A stretch of DNA of 64,000 nt from an uncultured bacterium (GCA_963822585.1 CAWGIE010000019.1:416001-480000), one strand, 5' to 3'. Positions 48,493 through 58,470 are shown, numbered from the stretch's first letter. A program made the numbers and translations. The notes: generated from the letters alone by a model not told the origin.

Positions 48493-50238
48493 ATGATCAG
48501 CCCCAAAGATCTTTTCTTTTTGCTCTCCGGTCTCTTCGGCGGCCTCGCTCTCTTCATCTGGGGCATGGGCCTGATGAGCGATGCCCTGCGGCGGTTTGCC
48601 GGCAACCGGCTGCAGATCGTGGTTTCGGGCGTGACCAAAAACCGCTTCTTCGGCCTGCTGATCGGGACGGTCCTCGGGATATCCATTCAGAGTTCGGCGG
48701 CCACCGTGATGCTGGTGGGGTTCATCAACGCGGGCCTGATGACACTGGTTCAGTCCATACCCCTGATGCTGGGGGCGAACCTCGGAACCACCTTAGCCAT
48801 GCAGCTCATCTCGCTGCGGATCAGCGAATACTGCTTTGTCGCCGTCGCCATCGGTTTCCTCCTGCAGATGATCGCCCCCAGCTACAAAATGAAACAGATC
48901 GGGACGACCCTGCTCGGTTTCGGCGTGCTACTGCTGGGGATGAGCATCATGTCCGATTCCATCCGGCCGCATCGCGAACTATTCCGGCCCATCCTGGCGG
49001 CCGCGGACGGCAGCACCTTCAAGGGCCTGGTGGTGGGAACGCTTCTGGCGACGGCGATCACGGCCATTATCCAGAGCAGCGGCGCGACGATCGCGATGGG
49101 GTTCGCCCTCATCTCCGCCGGCGTCTGCACCAACCTGGAGCAGGTGTATCCCATCATGCTCGGAGCCAATATCGGGACCTGTGCCACCGCGATGCTGGGA
49201 AGTATCGGGACCAATATCACCGCCCGGCGTTCCGCGATCGCACATCTGGTCTTCAACATCATCGGGGGCATCGTGGGTATCGCGGCCGCACCCCTCTTTT
49301 ATTACTTCATCCCCATGACCACCGACGACGTCATCCGCCAGCTGGCCAACGCCAATACCATCAAGATGATTATCATGGCGTTTATCTTCCTGCCCTTCCC
49401 GCGGCAGTACGCCCGTCTCATCGAATGGCTGGTTCCCTCCCGCAAGCCCCTGCCCCAACCGAGTTTTCTCGACGACAACCTGCTGGCCAAACCCGAGCAA
49501 GCCATTTCCGCGGCCCTCAAGGAATTAAAACGCGTGGCTCAAATGTGCGCGAAAAGTTATCGCCTCGCGTTTGAACTGATCCTGCAAGCCGATTCCAGGA
49601 AGGTCGGGCAGATCAAACGCAACGAACAGATCGTGGACGAGATCAAAGTGGCCTCGCGAGAGTTTCTTTTCCGCGTGGCCCGGCGCAAACTCTCCCGACG
49701 ACAGGCGATCATCATCCAACACCTCCAACTCTGCATGGCCGATATCGAACGCATCGGTGACCACATTGACTCCATCTGCGACACGACCGTGCAGCAGCGT
49801 AAAGGCCTCTATCGTTTCGACCACGAGACCCTCGAACTGGTGACGAACCTTTACAAGGACGCCGCCCAGACGTTCAAACTGGTGATAGAATCCCTCAGCC
49901 CGGAGCGGGATGATTTCCGGGAGATCACGGAAAAAATTCTGGATGTCCGCGACGAATACGCCGAGCATAGCTATGAGGCAAAGAATATTTTCCTCGACCG
50001 CGTGGCCAAGCACGAAATTCCGCCCCTGACCGGCATGTTCTTCAGTCAATACATCGCCGATTTCGACCGTATCGTCAAGCATTCCAAACGCATAGCCCTG
50101 GCGGAAAGAACCCCCTATTTCTGGCTGAAACGCGACAAGTTCGATCGCGAAAGCCCCGAGGAACCCCTGATAACACCTCCACCTCCGAGCGATCCTCACG
50201 ATTTTTTAAATAAGCTCGCGGACGAAGATTACTTCTGA
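48493..50238 (+). CDS. Na+/Pi cotransporter family protein with C-terminal PhoU-like domain
   Basis: GGLALFIWGM, IQSSAAT, GANLGTT, IQSSGAT, GANIGT, DIERIGDH. Confidence 0.92.
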   Translation: MISPKDLFFLLSGLFGGLALFIWGMGLMSDALRRFAGNRLQIVVSGVTKNRFFGLLIGTVLGISIQSSAATVMLVGFINAGLMTLVQSIPLMLGANLGTTLAMQLISLRISEYCFVAVAIGFLLQMIAPSYKMKQIGTTLLGFGVLLLGMSIMSDSIRPHRELFRPILAAADGSTFKGLVVGTLLATAITAIIQSSGATIAMGFALISAGVCTNLEQVYPIMLGANIGTCATAMLGSIGTNITARRSAIAHLVFNIIGGIVGIAAAPLFYYFIPMTTDDVIRQLANANTIKMIIMAFIFLPFPRQYARLIEWLVPSRKPLPQPSFLDDNLLAKPEQAISAALKELKRVAQMCAKSYRLAFELILQADSRKVGQIKRNEQIVDEIKVASREFLFRVARRKLSRRQAIIIQHLQLCMADIERIGDHIDSICDTTVQQRKGLYRFDHETLELVTNLYKDAAQTFKLVIESLSPERDDFREITEKILDVRDEYAEHSYEAKNIFLDRVAKHEIPPLTGMFFSQYIADFDRIVKHSKRIALAERTPYFWLKRDKFDRESPEEPLITPPPPSDPHDFLNKLADEDYF

Positions 50239-50324
50239 TGCGATATTTACTCTCTCATTCATGAGCTCAGTCAGATAACGCCGACTATCGCGCGGATTTT
50301 GATTTTTCCGGCCAGGAAGAAGCC

Positions 50325-50773
50325 ATGAAGACGGCAGGCTACAGTTTCTATCAGTGTTCCAGCACCTGTGCCATTAGAAATGAATTCGAGGCGTGGAGCG
50401 AGTGGTACGATTCCGAACCGCTGCCCTTTTACTTGAGTACCGGGAGGGTCAGATATCTCTCCGTTAAATGGAAAGAGCATCACGTGGCCGGCAAGGGTGT
50501 GATCACGAAGCTGATCGAATACAGCCGCGACGGGGGAAGTACCTGGCGGGCACCGGTCAGCGATGCTTACTCTTCGGGATTGGGAACATCAGCCTGGCAG
50601 GAGTCTGTCACCGCCCTCCCCCTCCTTTTGCCCTTCAGCCATAATCCCTCGACCTGAGCGGACTGGTGGTCCGGGCGGGGATCAGCGTCGAGGAGTGCTG
50701 CCCGGGAAGTATCGGTTCTTACGGGGGCGGCCTCTACATCACGGAGATCAAGGTCACTACCACGCGACCTTAA
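50325..50773 (+). pseudogene. Probable decayed fragment of a BNR/Asp-box beta-propeller gene
   Basis: YSRDGGSTW Asp-box; after a stop and frame change, IGSYGGGLYITEIK...stop. Confidence 0.4.
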
Positions 50774-50867
50774 TCCGCTTTACCGGCAAACCGGGTTAGT
50801 ATCATATTCCGGACCTGCGCCAGGCGATTCTGTGTCAGGGCGGCTCTTACCCAATCGAATGACACCG

Positions 50868-52040
50868 TTAATCTCCGCCAGGTGCCGGGGGTCGTAATGC
50901 GCTCAAAGCGGTTTTTGCCTCGCCCGAGGATGAAAAAAGACTGAACGCCTGCCAGATATCCGTGGCATACCACTCCGGGCTCCAGTAAAAAGCTCCGGCA
51001 ATATCTGCATTACTGTAGCACATGTCTAAAAACTCCGCCAGCCAGTGCCCCTGGCCCTCTGGATTAAGGGGATAACCGGGCACAGGTTCCGTCCAGGAGG
51101 AAAACTGACCCGGGATGGCGGCAGAGCCGGGGTAAGCATATTCCGCCACTATCATGGGCCGCCCCAGAGCCGAGGTCAGCCGGCGAACGGTATCACCGAA
51201 CTGATCCTGCGTATTATCGCGCCCCATGCCGGATGTCGGGAAGTAGGACAGTCCCGGGTAATCGATCCGGACACCCGCTTCGCTCAGTGTCTGAAAACAG
51301 GCGATGCAGAATTCCTGGTCCCACCAGTGGGCCAGATGAATGATGAACCGGGCCCCGGGATCGACATCCCTGATACCGTCCTGGCAGGCTTTAATAATCG
51401 CGGCCTCGTCTTTCCAGACGGCTTCCTTCATCCAATCCGGATTTTCCCGATCCGTATCCTCACCGGCAAAGACGCCGCAGATGCCGTAATCAACCTCGTT
51501 TCCGATCTCGTAGAGATGCGTTTTCACCCCGATGCTCCTGAAGTAACGGGCCGTGTCACGCGAATAGCCGCGAACCGCCGCGGCCCGCTCAGCAAGAGAC
51601 ATGTTTCTCCATGCCGCGGGAGCGGGCTGCTTGAAAAGATCGGCCCAGGTATCGCTGAGGAAGAAGACAAGATAGGGGTTCACGCCGTTTTCCTGGCCCC
51701 AAAGGGCGAGCTGCCCGGCGTATTGTGAGCCACTGGGGCCACTGATCCCGGTCCAGACCCGGACTCGAAGCCAGCCGATTCCCTGCTCGGAATATAGTCG
51801 GAACAGGTCGACTGTCCTCTCACCGATTTTCCATTTGAACCCTTCCCGCCGCATGGATAACGCGTAGTTGGAATCGACTCCCAGCATGAAATCCTTTTTT
51901 GATTCCCGGAGAATGGCGGATTCATCCCCGGCCGGGAAGAATGAAGCATGATCTCCCCTCTCGACAGAACATGCCGGAAGTACGGCAATAATTACAGCCA
52001 CCATCAAAAGGATAAAGTCACAGCAACAACAATTTTTCAT
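50868..52040 (-). CDS. GH53 endo-beta-1,4-galactanase-like, probable lipoprotein
   Basis: LRVRVW, SDTWAD...KQPAPAAW, IGNE, GLSYFP, VAEYAYP, GAFYWSPEW; lipobox-like LPAC. Confidence 0.85.
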   Translation of the reverse strand: MKNCCCCDFILLMVAVIIAVLPACSVERGDHASFFPAGDESAILRESKKDFMLGVDSNYALSMRREGFKWKIGERTVDLFRLYSEQGIGWLRVRVWTGISGPSGSQYAGQLALWGQENGVNPYLVFFLSDTWADLFKQPAPAAWRNMSLAERAAAVRGYSRDTARYFRSIGVKTHLYEIGNEVDYGICGVFAGEDTDRENPDWMKEAVWKDEAAIIKACQDGIRDVDPGARFIIHLAHWWDQEFCIACFQTLSEAGVRIDYPGLSYFPTSGMGRDNTQDQFGDTVRRLTSALGRPMIVAEYAYPGSAAIPGQFSSWTEPVPGYPLNPEGQGHWLAEFLDMCYSNADIAGAFYWSPEWYATDIWQAFSLFSSSGEAKTALSALRPPAPGGD

Positions 52041-52066
52041 GAAACGAATATACCACGAAAAAAGAG

Positions 52067-52113
52067 AATCCCGCGTAAATCCAGTGTGGTTACATCAGGA
52101 TTTACGCGGGATT
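52067..52113. terminator. Inverted repeat, probable bidirectional terminator
   Basis: AATCCCGCGTAAATCC / GGATTTACGCGGGATT with A/T flanks. Confidence 0.6.
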
Positions 52114-52197
52114 TTTGCTTGCTAAAACTTTCGGCCCAGGTGGAACGAAGCCGTCCGAACCGCCGAGATGAGGCTCAAGCCAATTCCAGGGACACTC

Positions 52198-52271
52198 ATT
52201 CCGGGGACACGATACTAAATAGACTATTTATGTGCCTTCAAACCTTCTATTTAGTATCGTGTCCCCGGAAT
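52198..52271. repeat. Perfect 26-bp inverted repeat with 22-bp spacer (REP/MITE-like)
   Basis: ATTCCGGGGACACGATACTAAATAGA / TCTATTTAGTATCGTGTCCCCGGAAT; partial extra copy at 52182-52195. Confidence 0.8.
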
Positions 52272-52277
52272 TCACTA

Positions 52278-53000
52278 CTACCGTGTTGCCGGAAGATCCC
52301 CGGCAGTTCCAAAGTACACCCGGGATATTCCCTTTACCGCCCACAAACCCGCGGCGTCCCGGAAGATCCCGATGTCGTCCCGGGAATCGCCGTCATAGTC
52401 GGCGGGGACCGGCTGGTCGCTAACGCTCCCGAAGTAACTCCGTGTCACCCCCTTCACCGCCCAGAGGCCGGCAGATGACCGGAAGATCCCGATATCCCAG
52501 CTCCCATCGCCGTCATAGTCTCCGGGGACGATCGTATCCGCCGAGTTGCCGAAGTAGGACCGGGTCACCCCCCGGATCGCCCACATCCCCGAGCCGCCGC
52601 GGAATATACCGATGTTCTTCACCACCCCCCCGGCGTAATATCCCGGGACCGGCGTGTCGGCCGAGGAGCCGAAGTAAACCCTCGTCACCCCCTTGACCGC
52701 CCACATTCCCGTGGAGGGCCGGAAAAGACCGACGTCCCAGGTCCCGTCCCCGTTGTAGTCCCCCGGCTCGGGCCGGTCGCTCCCGCTCCCGAAATACGTC
52801 CGCGCCCCTCCCCGGACCGCCCAGAGGCCGGCTGTCGGCCGGAAGATAGCGATCTCGGTGGTGCCGTCCCCGTTGTAGTCGCCGGGCACGATCTCGTCGC
52901 TGGAGGAGCCGAAGTAGGCCCGGGTGACTCCCCTGACCGCCCAGACGCCGCTCCCTCCCCGGAAGACGGCGATGTCCGAGGTCCCGTCACCGTTGTAGTC
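52278..53000 (-). repeat. Shared C-terminal domain, copy 4
   Basis: DYNGDGTSDIAVFRGGSGVWAVRGVTRAYFG... x6, ends DLPATR. Confidence 0.92.
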
Positions 53001-54713
53001 GTAGATCCAGGGCGGTCCCTGCGCCCCGGAAGGCGGGGTAGGCGTGGAAGAAGGTGTGGGGGTTGCGGTTGGAGGCGCGGTGAAAGTGGGGCTTGGTTGT
53101 GGAGAGGGAGTCGGGGCCGGGGTCGGAGTAGTCGTCGGAGGCGGGGTAGTGGTGGGACTCGGCGGCGGAGTGGGTGTGACGGAGGGCGTGGAGCTGGGTG
53201 TGGCGGTCGGCGTAACCGAAGGAGTAGCCGTAGCTGTCGGCGTGACGGAAGGAGTCGGCGTGCTGCTGGGGGTGGGAGTGGGTGAAGGGGTTATGTATCT
53301 TTGCAGTTTGCTGATAAAGACGTTCTGACTCAGGACTCCTGCCGCCTGATACGGGTTCACGGTGGGAAAATCGCCGGATGCGGTACGGCCGGTCAGATAA
53401 GCCTGGCCGCTTTGGGCAATGATCCCATAGCCCTCATCGTCACCGCCCGCTCCTCCCAGGTAAGTCGAGTAGACAAGGGTGCCGCCGGATGACGCGAGCT
53501 GGCTGGCAAAGACGTCTTTGTTGGACGCCGCCCGGGAGGCCTGGTAGGGATTTTTAGTGGGAAAATCATCCGATTGGGTATGGCCGGTAACAAAAGCCGC
53601 CCCCCCCGTGACTGAGATACCGAGACCGGTGTCGGCACCGGATCCTCCCAGATAAGTCGAGAAGAGAAGAACGGAACCGGAAGAAGAGAGGCGGCTGACA
53701 AGAGCGTCATATCCCCCGTTCAGATTAGCCTGATACGGATTCACGGTAGGAAAATTGGAAGAGTTAGTTTCCCCGGTAATGGAAGCCTCACCGTCTTCAA
53801 CTGAGATGGACCAACCCCGATCATAACCCGTTCCGCCTCCCAGGTAAGTGGAGTAAACAAGAGTAGAACCGGAGGAGGAGACGCAGCTGATAAAAGCATT
53901 CTCGTAATTTCCAACTTTGGCGGACTGATACGGGTTCACGGTGGGAAAATCACGCGCCCCGGTGCGGCCGGTTATATAAGCGTCGCCACTCTCCATGCAG
54001 ATGCCCAGCCCCTCGGTGGAACCGTCACTTCCGGAGAGATATGTCGAATAAATGAGGGCGGAACCGGAAGAGGAGAGACAGCCGATAAAAGCGGAGCGAA
54101 AAACTCCGCCCTTGGACGCCTGGTACGGATCAAGAGTGGGGAAATCGGTTGAATCGGTATAACCGGTGACATAAGCATTGCTCCCCGTTCCCGAGATACC
54201 GATGCCGTAATCGTCAGCCGCTCCCCCCAGATACGTTGAAAAGAGAAGAGCTGAACCGGTGGAGGAAAGGCGGCTGACGAAAGCATCCCGGGTCCCCCCG
54301 CCGTGACTGGCTTGAAAAGGATTCTCAGTGGGAAAGTCGTCCGAGTAGGTCAGTCCGATGATGGTGGCCTCATCCCCTGCAACCATGATCCCGTGACCTT
54401 CGTCAGTGCTCCCTCCCCCCAGGTAGGTGGTGTAAATCAGAGATGAACCGGAGGAGGAGAGCCGGCTGATGAAGGCGTCGTTGCCGCTGACCCGGCCGGG
54501 CTGATACGGATTGACGGTGGGAAAATCGGAAGATGTGGTCCGGCCGGTGACATAGGCGCTGTCAGCGGAGTCGAGGGCTATGCCGAAACCGTAATCGGAA
54601 CCGCTGCCCCCCAGATAGGTGGAATATTCCAGTTCTACATTCTGCGACCGAAGCAAACCGGCAGGAAAGCCGGCAAACAAAACCAAAATTGAAAAAACCA
54701 GAATTCTTTTCAT
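52278..54713 (-). CDS. Secreted SBBP (beta-propeller) repeat protein with long P/T linker and the shared C-terminal domain
   Basis: Signal peptide; eight (Y/F)STYLGG-type motifs in ...GxTxSxDFPTxNPYQ repeats; ~90-aa PT linker; ends PATR. Confidence 0.9.
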   Translation of the reverse strand: MKRILVFSILVLFAGFPAGLLRSQNVELEYSTYLGGSGSDYGFGIALDSADSAYVTGRTTSSDFPTVNPYQPGRVSGNDAFISRLSSSGSSLIYTTYLGGGSTDEGHGIMVAGDEATIIGLTYSDDFPTENPFQASHGGGTRDAFVSRLSSTGSALLFSTYLGGAADDYGIGISGTGSNAYVTGYTDSTDFPTLDPYQASKGGVFRSAFIGCLSSSGSALIYSTYLSGSDGSTEGLGICMESGDAYITGRTGARDFPTVNPYQSAKVGNYENAFISCVSSSGSTLVYSTYLGGGTGYDRGWSISVEDGEASITGETNSSNFPTVNPYQANLNGGYDALVSRLSSSGSVLLFSTYLGGSGADTGLGISVTGGAAFVTGHTQSDDFPTKNPYQASRAASNKDVFASQLASSGGTLVYSTYLGGAGGDDEGYGIIAQSGQAYLTGRTASGDFPTVNPYQAAGVLSQNVFISKLQRYITPSPTPTPSSTPTPSVTPTATATPSVTPTATPSSTPSVTPTPPPSPTTTPPPTTTPTPAPTPSPQPSPTFTAPPTATPTPSSTPTPPSGAQGPPWIYDYNGDGTSDIAVFRGGSGVWAVRGVTRAYFGSSSDEIVPGDYNGDGTTEIAIFRPTAGLWAVRGGARTYFGSGSDRPEPGDYNGDGTWDVGLFRPSTGMWAVKGVTRVYFGSSADTPVPGYYAGGVVKNIGIFRGGSGMWAIRGVTRSYFGNSADTIVPGDYDGDGSWDIGIFRSSAGLWAVKGVTRSYFGSVSDQPVPADYDGDSRDDIGIFRDAAGLWAVKGISRVYFGTAGDLPATR

Positions 54714-55101
54714 GGGAACCCCCTTTGCAGCCTCTATCTTCGTCTGGCCTCCGAATTATTTTAATTGTATGTTCTTTGGGTCTTGTACGGTTCTTATGAT
54801 ATCCGCGAGAACATGATAAAATCATCACTGGACCAAGCGCCCTCCCTTCACGTTTCTCCAGGGAGGCAAGCATCGATCCGGAGAAAATTACCGCTCAATC
54901 CAAAGAGAATCGAAAGCGGATTCTTTAGTTTATCTTATAATCTTTAGTTGTATTTTATCTATAAATAGCAATATAATATTAAAAGTCAATCCTGTTTTTA
55001 GATTAAACGTGAAATAAGCCGGGGAGCACGGAGGGGAAATTCAGATCAACGGAGAAAGGAGGCAGGAGAATTCTCGCCGATAAACGGCACACTGCCCTAT
55101 C

Positions 55102-56802
55102 TCACGGGTGAGATTGATTCTGTCTCTCTACCGGAGGGGGAGGCGTGAGATCGGCAGCAGCCTGGTTACGAAGAAGAAGCTGCTCCCTGGCTCGGGTGAG
55201 TTTTCTTGCAAACCCCCCTTTGCCGAGTTCTGACGTCCACTTGCGCAGGATGACCCAGCCGGCGACACGAAGGAGTTCATTTCTCCATGAACGGTACCAC
55301 TTACGCCAGCCCCATTTAATATTGAAAAGAGAGAACACCATCGCCGGAAAAATCAGGATATTCGCGGCGATCAGGAATACGTGCCGGAAGCGATAAAATC
55401 GTCCCGAAATTTTCCGGGCGGCGGCCTGCATATCTTCCGGGGTAAGCGGCGGATCCGGTTGGAAGAGGGGAAAGTTACCGTCGTAATATTCCCAGCCCAC
55501 GCAATCTCTCGGGAAGATCCGGCCCTGCTCGGCCAGGCGAAGTGTCAGTTCCGTCCCGGGAAGGGGGACGGGCAACATTATCTGGACGGTATCGATCCGT
55601 GCTTTCTTGATAAATGCCCGAAAGTACGAGACGCGTTTTTCTACCGGTATGGACAACTGTATTTGAGAAGGCAGGGGATAGCCGAAAATGAACATTCCGT
55701 GAACAAGAAACCCGGCCTTATGAAACAGCCGGGTCAGGGCGAGCATCTCCTCGGGATTAACCTTCTTATTCATTGCCTCGAGTTCTTCGGGAATGGGCGA
55801 CTCGAAACCGACGGCGATGGTATTGATCCCGGCCCGATGCATGGCCTGAAGCAATTCCTCGTCACGGGCCTTGTCCAGCCGCATCTGGATGGTTATATCA
55901 AGCCGGGCTCCCACCGCCTTCTGGTATTTTTCCAGAAGATCACAAAGATGCAGAGCGGCACTCCGGAATTGGCCGAAAAGGTCGTCAACCAGGAAGAAAT
56001 GCCGCGCGTCATGCCGTTCCAGAAGCGCGGCTACCTGCTCCAGGACGTATTCGGGGGCCGGAGCGCGGGCTTTACCCTTGACGGTGCAGAATTCGCAGTT
56101 CATTCCGCATCCCCGGACCCAGCTTAAAGGATAGAGCTTGAGCCGGGCGTATCTTAAGAGAGAAAAGTCCGGGACCGGGAGTTTATCGAAATCGGTCAGG
56201 GGCGGCCGTTCCACGGTTTTGACCACGCGACCCTCCCTGAGAAACGCCAGGCCGGGGATGGTCTCGGGGTCGCGGGCCCCCCTGAGAGCATCGAGAAGCT
56301 CCACGATGGTTTCTTCCCCCTCCCCGATGACGATGAAATCAAGTCCGTGATCAAGTCCATCCTTAATGTTTTCCCCGACGAAGTGCTGTCCTCCCCCGAT
56401 AGTGGCTACGCCCTGGCTCTTGTAAAAGGAAGCCAGTTCATACAGTCTCGGCACCGTGCTCGTGAGGCCCCCGTAGAAACCAACAACATCCGTAGGCCGT
56501 ATCTGCTGCAACATGCCGTGGTCAGGTCGGCCGGAACGATCCTTGGGACCGAACCGGCGGTAATTATTCTCGTCGATGACCTCAACCGTCCAGCCGGTCA
56601 TCCTGTTGGCCACAGTGGCGACATAGATCGGACCCAGAGCCGTGGTTTTTCCGGCGATGCCGGAATAGATATTGAAGGCGGGATAGGCCGGGATAACAAT
56701 CCGGAGCCGGCGGAGATTCCCTCCGCTGCCGCGGGAGGCCCGGGAACCTTCACTGACGTTATGTCCTTTGTTTTCCATAGTCATATCCCGTATCACCGCC
56801 AT
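55102..56802 (-). CDS. B12-binding-domain radical SAM protein
   Basis: VIDEN, GGGQH, IGEGE, RGCGMNCEFC, VDD, VGFES, PLPGT. Confidence 0.88.
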   Translation of the reverse strand: MAVIRDMTMENKGHNVSEGSRASRGSGGNLRRLRIVIPAYPAFNIYSGIAGKTTALGPIYVATVANRMTGWTVEVIDENNYRRFGPKDRSGRPDHGMLQQIRPTDVVGFYGGLTSTVPRLYELASFYKSQGVATIGGGQHFVGENIKDGLDHGLDFIVIGEGEETIVELLDALRGARDPETIPGLAFLREGRVVKTVERPPLTDFDKLPVPDFSLLRYARLKLYPLSWVRGCGMNCEFCTVKGKARAPAPEYVLEQVAALLERHDARHFFLVDDLFGQFRSAALHLCDLLEKYQKAVGARLDITIQMRLDKARDEELLQAMHRAGINTIAVGFESPIPEELEAMNKKVNPEEMLALTRLFHKAGFLVHGMFIFGYPLPSQIQLSIPVEKRVSYFRAFIKKARIDTVQIMLPVPLPGTELTLRLAEQGRIFPRDCVGWEYYDGNFPLFQPDPPLTPEDMQAAARKISGRFYRFRHVFLIAANILIFPAMVFSLFNIKWGWRKWYRSWRNELLRVAGWVILRKWTSELGKGGFARKLTRAREQLLLRNQAAADLTPPPPVERQNQSHP

Positions 56803-56856
56803 ACCGAGGAAATGCCGATGATATTTTCCGTCGGGAGCCGCGGGGCTCCTCGGTTG

Positions 56857-58236
56857 TCATTGATCATGGCGGCCGGCCATTTGATGCTGGAATTTCGTGA
56901 AGGTTGCAATGTCAAGGCGGAAGTTTCTCCGGTAGGAGAGATTGGCCACCAAACTGAGCAGCGGCGTGCGGCGCTGCCAGAAGTTGGCGCACACCCTTTT
57001 CAGAATACGCGGCAGGGAATAGAATCTCCGGTTGCAGGTGAGCATTTCTTTGATAATCTCGTCCAGGGAGAGATGCTTGTACCGGGCCACCGGAAAGGTC
57101 AGCGTGTAGTATTCCCAATCCTCGGGGAAGTTATCGAGGGGGACGCGTTCTTCCGATTTCATCTGGTCCCACAGGCGCGTGCCGGGCAGCGGCGTCAGGA
57201 ACCCCACGTTGATGGTGTCCATCCCGTACCGGCTGGCGGCATCGGCAATGCTTCTGCCGATACCTGGTTTGTCTATGTCGAGTCCCATGATAAAGGAACC
57301 CGCGACCATCATACCGTGATGCTGTATGCGCCGCACGGAGGCGCGCAAGTCCCGGTCCTTCAGAAGGTCGAACTTCCTGCCCAGTCCCCGAAGCACTTCG
57401 GGGGTGGGAGACTCAAAGCCGATGAAAACGCCCCGGCAGCCGGCCTGCGCCGCCAGAGTCAGAAGTTCCTCGTCGTCGGCGAAATTGATGGCAGCCTGGG
57501 CCACCCATTCCTTTTTCAGTTTCGCCTCGATCATGGCGCGGAACAGATCCTTGGCGCGGGCGATGTGCTCGGGGCGCGTGCCGATGAGGTTATCGTCCAC
57601 CACCAGGACCCGCTTCTCCCGGATCGACCTGAATTCCCGCACGACATCCGCAATCGGCCGCTGCCGGTAGTGAGCTCCATTGAACGCCGTCACGCTGCAA
57701 AAGCTGCAATTCAACGGGCAGCCGCGAGTGGTCTGGATCGCTCCGAAGGCATAGCGGGGAGGCAGGAGATCATGGCGGGCGGAGGCAATAGCGCTTGTCT
57801 CCGCGTGGCCGCCGTCATACCGGCGCCGCAGGCGATGGTGCCGGGCGTCTTCCAGGACGTGCGTCCAGACACTCTCCGCCTCCCCCGTGACAACGGAGTC
57901 CACCTGCTTCATGGCCTCGTCCAGGTACATGGTGGCATGAATGCCGCCCATGACAACGGGGACGCCAAGCTTCCGATAGTGCGCGGCCACCTCATAGGCG
58001 CGGTTCACCTGAGAGGTGAACGCGGTAATGCCCACCAGATCCGGGCGGGGCAGGGCCGGATAGTCCGGAGCGCCAAGGTTCTCGTCCACGATCGTTATTT
58101 CCCACTCCGGCGGGGTCAGGCCCGCGAGAACCATCAGGCTGAGCGGTTTCCAGACGCGGTACCGGTTCCAGTGGCTTTCCTTAACCTGGACGCTGCTGAC
58201 CAGCGGATTAGAGGGATTGATCAGATACAGTCTCAT
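56857..58236 (-). CDS. B12-binding-domain radical SAM protein
   Basis: LINP, IVDEN, MGGIHAT, GEAE, RGCPLNCSFC, VDDN, IGFES, TPLPGT. Confidence 0.9.
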   Translation of the reverse strand: MRLYLINPSNPLVSSVQVKESHWNRYRVWKPLSLMVLAGLTPPEWEITIVDENLGAPDYPALPRPDLVGITAFTSQVNRAYEVAAHYRKLGVPVVMGGIHATMYLDEAMKQVDSVVTGEAESVWTHVLEDARHHRLRRRYDGGHAETSAIASARHDLLPPRYAFGAIQTTRGCPLNCSFCSVTAFNGAHYRQRPIADVVREFRSIREKRVLVVDDNLIGTRPEHIARAKDLFRAMIEAKLKKEWVAQAAINFADDEELLTLAAQAGCRGVFIGFESPTPEVLRGLGRKFDLLKDRDLRASVRRIQHHGMMVAGSFIMGLDIDKPGIGRSIADAASRYGMDTINVGFLTPLPGTRLWDQMKSEERVPLDNFPEDWEYYTLTFPVARYKHLSLDEIIKEMLTCNRRFYSLPRILKRVCANFWQRRTPLLSLVANLSYRRNFRLDIATFTKFQHQMAGRHDQ

Positions 58237-58470
58237 GGCGATCGATTGCTCCACGAAGCGTAAAATAGTAGCAATTGAATCGATCACAATCAAATATTTT
58301 TTGCAGGCTTTCCCGATTGATCAATCCCATGCAGGCAAAGGTGTCAATCATAGTATCAGTCAGTCCCTACTTATAGGGACTTGCGGGGAGTCCCGATAAA
58401 GGAGAACACATCCATTGGAGGATTTCCAGGAGGCATGTACGGTGCCACGAACATCAGAACGCGGGCGTGC

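Noticed and set aside
53010..53295. Low-complexity GGNGTN repeats as a DNA-level repeat element
   Set aside because: Explained by the Pro/Thr linker codons of the SBBP protein.
56347..58263. Long plus-strand ORF (638 aa) and similar antisense ORFs (10270..11706, 14082..15476, 5177..6172, 59197..60306)
   Set aside because: Shadow frames opposite well-supported genes in GC-rich DNA, with no recognisable motifs.
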